From positions 1 through 6,813 of the IMG/VR virus record IMGVR_UViG_3300045988_000108: a DNA stretch of 6,813 nt; one strand, 5' to 3'. A program made the translations under genes and the position numbers. The notes beneath the pieces are model-generated. The model saw only the letters and a list, made by a program, of their open reading frames with translations. It was not told where the DNA came from and made no database searches. This document shows positions 4,796 to 6,813 of this stretch, piece after piece. Positions within the stretch are counted from its first letter, which is position 1. The number at the start of each line of letters is the position of its first letter. The stretch is from a virus.

Positions 4796-5245
4796 CTACT
4801 TAAAGATTTCCAATAAACGTGACTGAAATTCAGCATTTTCTTTTTCAGCCTTTTCTTTCTCTTCTTTATCCTTAGCAACTGCAGCAGCCTTTTCACGGAC
4901 TTCTTTATCCTTAGCAGCAAGTTCACGAAGATAAGACATCTTTTCACTGGCCGTTTGAGTGTAACGACTAGGACAAGAATTAATGAGCTCATCATCAGTC
5001 AAAGAGCCAAAAGTTTCTTCAAACTGAGAACGGAAATTTGATGTATCAATCATAGGCTGCAAAGATTCCTTAATTTCTCGCAACGTCTGAGCATCAGCAC
5101 GCATATTATCAATACGCTGCAACAAAGAAACATCTGTATGAAAAGAAGTACGCAAAGGGTTATTCTTATCATCAACAGAAGTTACTTCATGTTGTACTTC
5201 CTCATAAACTGGCGGTACATAAACAACTTTATTTTTAGCTTTCAT
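4796..5245 (-). CDS. Putative internal scaffolding protein (VP3-like), 149 aa, with an acidic Lys/Glu coiled-coil tail
   Basis: I take the ATG at 5245 (MKAKNKVVYVPP...), because the track start at 5251 is a TTG. The assignment rests on size, position next to the capsid gene and the highly charged C-terminus (AAKDKEVREKAAAVAKDKEEKEKAEKENAEF). It is based on position and composition only, with no diagnostic motif. Confidence 0.55.
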   Translation of the reverse strand: MKAKNKVVYVPPVYEEVQHEVTSVDDKNNPLRTSFHTDVSLLQRIDNMRADAQTLREIKESLQPMIDTSNFRSQFEETFGSLTDDELINSCPSRYTQTASEKMSYLRELAAKDKEVREKAAAVAKDKEEKEKAEKENAEFQSRLLEIFK

Positions 5246-5262
5246 AATCAAACAAATTTAAA

Positions 5263-6813
5263 TTATTTTGAATAAGGCAAACCATACATACTAAATGGAC
5301 GGACTGCAACGCAAGTATTAACACTACCAATGAGTAACTTATCATCATTTACAGTACCCGACCATTGGTTAACAAAGATAGGGTAAAGTAAAGATGGACG
5401 ACACTTAAACAAATCATCAATACTACCATAATTGGCAAGAGATAAACTGCCTAAATTGCGACGCCAACGAGAGAGAAAAGATTGGTCATAACCCGTAACC
5501 CATGATTTATAAGTGCCACAAAAACCACCTTCAAAGTAATCACGGGCACTCTTAAGTTCCGCATAACGAGGAGCATAACCATAAGTGACAGTCATATCCA
5601 AAGCATAAGGCTTAGAAGATGCTAATGGAACAACCTTAGGACAAGTACCAATCAACGGAGCACTTAATTCGCATCTGTACTGGGTTTGCATACCAATACT
5701 ATCTAATTCCGGAATAGGAAAATCGGTAGCATCAGTCTTGAACAAATTACGGTCAATACCAACATGAGCATAATCAAGTTGTGGAACTGCACGATAGATA
5801 CCAATAATCATACCATAGGTAGACGCAGTAAACTTGCAGCCGGCAGACAAATCACCAACACCAATAGCCTTAATATCGGGTTGACCACCATCAAGGAAAT
5901 TGGTATTTACTTGAGGATTAATGCTCAAAGTTTTATCATCTCCACCAATAAAAATAGAGGTGCGAGCATCAACCTTTGGCTTAATACCAAAGTGAGCCAA
6001 AACTTGATTAGCAAAGTCGGGGTCGTTACTGTTCTGAATCTCCTTATATTTCTGTAGAGCGGTAGCAGAACGCAAAGCAGAAATTTTCAAGGAAGAACCC
6101 GCAGCAGAAAGTTTACCTTTAAAACCGAGAAGAACATCACCTGTAGAAGAGGAACGAACCCAAGATACATATGAACCATCTACAGGTGTTGGATCTTCAT
6201 CAGCTTTCAGTAAAGTATCATTAGGAGTATGAGAAGAAGAACCAAAAATAACACCCTTAGAAGAGTCAGCAGAATCTTTAACAATATAAGTTGCGTCAGT
6301 ATTATCCAAACCAATAGGTACAGCAGATTCTTCACCATATTGAGCACGAGGAAGTACAGACGTAAAATAATCGATTGGAAGATTAGAATTTTCCAAATCA
6401 ATAATAGTAGTCATTAACCGAGTGAACGAAGCAGAATCAATAAACGTTTTAGCGTTCATATTATCAGTAGGTCTCAAATAATCGATGTTACATGTCCACG
6501 GTTCAAAAGGTTGCCACTTTTCATTACGGTAATGATCATTGCAAATCTTATGATAAGCCAACAAAGGCAAAATCGAAAGATTAGGACTGTTTACAATATT
6601 TGATTCAGATGCATCAAATCTGACATAATAATCAGATAAAGAAAAAACACCGGTATTCCAACTGTTACCATCTGCAACGTAACGTTCAGCCAAAGCATAA
6701 ACATCATACTGAATAACAGTATCAAAATTGCCATAACCGAGAGCCATAAGTAATTTAGCAGCACGACAATAACGATAACCGTCACAAACAAAAACATCTG
6801 AAAAATCAGAACT
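5263..6813 (-). CDS. VP1: Major capsid protein (F/VP1 family), C-terminal 494 aa plus the in-frame upstream part reaching the window edge; full gene is complement(join(5263..6714,1..603)), 684 aa
   Basis: The frame is open from 5263 to the window end. The M at 6747 is an internal Met (residue 191) and not the true start. The sequence is beta-rich and Gly/Asp/Ser/Thr-rich, with long insertion-like segments typical of large microvirus capsid proteins. The stop TAA is at 5265..5263. Confidence 0.92.
   Translation of the reverse strand, partial: SSDFSDVFVCDGYRYCRAAKLLMALGYGNFDTVIQYDVYALAERYVADGNSWNTGVFSLSDYYVRFDASESNIVNSPNLSILPLLAYHKICNDHYRNEKWQPFEPWTCNIDYLRPTDNMNAKTFIDSASFTRLMTTIIDLENSNLPIDYFTSVLPRAQYGEESAVPIGLDNTDATYIVKDSADSSKGVIFGSSSHTPNDTLLKADEDPTPVDGSYVSWVRSSSTGDVLLGFKGKLSAAGSSLKISALRSATALQKYKEIQNSNDPDFANQVLAHFGIKPKVDARTSIFIGGDDKTLSINPQVNTNFLDGGQPDIKAIGVGDLSAGCKFTASTYGMIIGIYRAVPQLDYAHVGIDRNLFKTDATDFPIPELDSIGMQTQYRCELSAPLIGTCPKVVPLASSKPYALDMTVTYGYAPRYAELKSARDYFEGGFCGTYKSWVTGYDQSFLSRWRRNLGSLSLANYGSIDDLFKCRPSLLYPIFVNQWSGTVNDDKLLIGSVNTCVAVRPFSMYGLPYSK
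6715..6813. repeat. Terminal overlap copy 2, identical to 1-99
   Basis: Same 99-nt string as 1-99. The window ends exactly at the end of the match. Confidence 0.97.

Larger units (their letters stand above)
1..6714 (-). other. Complete circular Microviridae genome unit (6714 nt), non-phiX lineage (gokushovirus/alpavirus-like), with all genes on the minus strand
   Basis: Bases 1-99 and 6715-6813 are identical when compared base by base. Joining the ends fuses two open minus-strand segments in frame into one capsid gene. The gene set is F/VP1 capsid, HUH Rep, VP2-like pilot and a small scaffold-like protein. Coding is on one strand with gaps of 2-17 nt or overlaps and a single large non-coding region. 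The coding strand is strongly T-rich (the first 60 nt of the + strand have 26 A versus 11 T). Confidence 0.9.

Noticed and set aside
1-6813. tRNA, rRNA, CRISPR array, integrase/transposase, toxin-antitoxin or defence-system genes
   Set aside because: There are no direct-repeat/spacer periodicity, no cloverleaf-like GC-rich segments and no ORFs with recombinase or nuclease motifs other than the HUH Rep. The whole coding capacity is accounted for by the phage genes listed.

Overview
The window is one complete, circularly permuted genome of a small ssDNA phage of the family Microviridae. It belongs to a non-phiX lineage (gokushovirus/alpavirus-like) and is not a piece of bacterial chromosome. 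Bases 1-99 are identical to 6715-6813, so the unit length is 6714 nt and the window closes on itself. All convincing genes lie on the minus strand, which is visibly T-rich, as expected for the mRNA-sense virion strand. Reading 5'->3' on the minus strand, the map starts with the major capsid protein VP1/F (684 aa, split by the linearisation point: 603..1 joined to 6714..5263). Next come a 149-aa acidic coiled-coil protein that is scaffold-like (5245..4796) and the VP2-type DNA pilot / minor capsid protein (4787..3330). A strong intrinsic terminator follows (3322..3286), then a non-coding region of about 480 nt (3285..2803). That region holds a 67-nt imperfect hairpin, a perfect 7+7 palindrome and two Bacteroides-type promoter candidates. 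Downstream are three small ORFs: a 71-aa predicted lipoprotein (2765..2550), a 59-aa ORF (2563..2384) and a 69-aa ORF (2374..2165). The HUH/two-tyrosine rolling-circle Rep VP4 (2162..609) comes last, ending 5 nt before the capsid ATG. No start codon has a Shine-Dalgarno sequence, and TAnnTTTG-type motifs recur, so the host is probably a member of Bacteroidota (inference). I found no tRNA, rRNA, CRISPR array, integrase, recognisable lysis enzyme or obvious small poly-basic J-like packaging protein. The items most worth follow-up are the phage-encoded small lipoprotein and the structured non-coding region. Also notable are a near-identical intercistronic junction (TAG-TTTT(T)GCCT-ATG) used twice, and two same-strand overlapping ORFs, one inside rep and one inside the scaffold-like gene, that recall phiX174 gene-in-gene architecture. 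Family assignments rest on motifs I recognise by eye. No HMM or BLAST search was possible.
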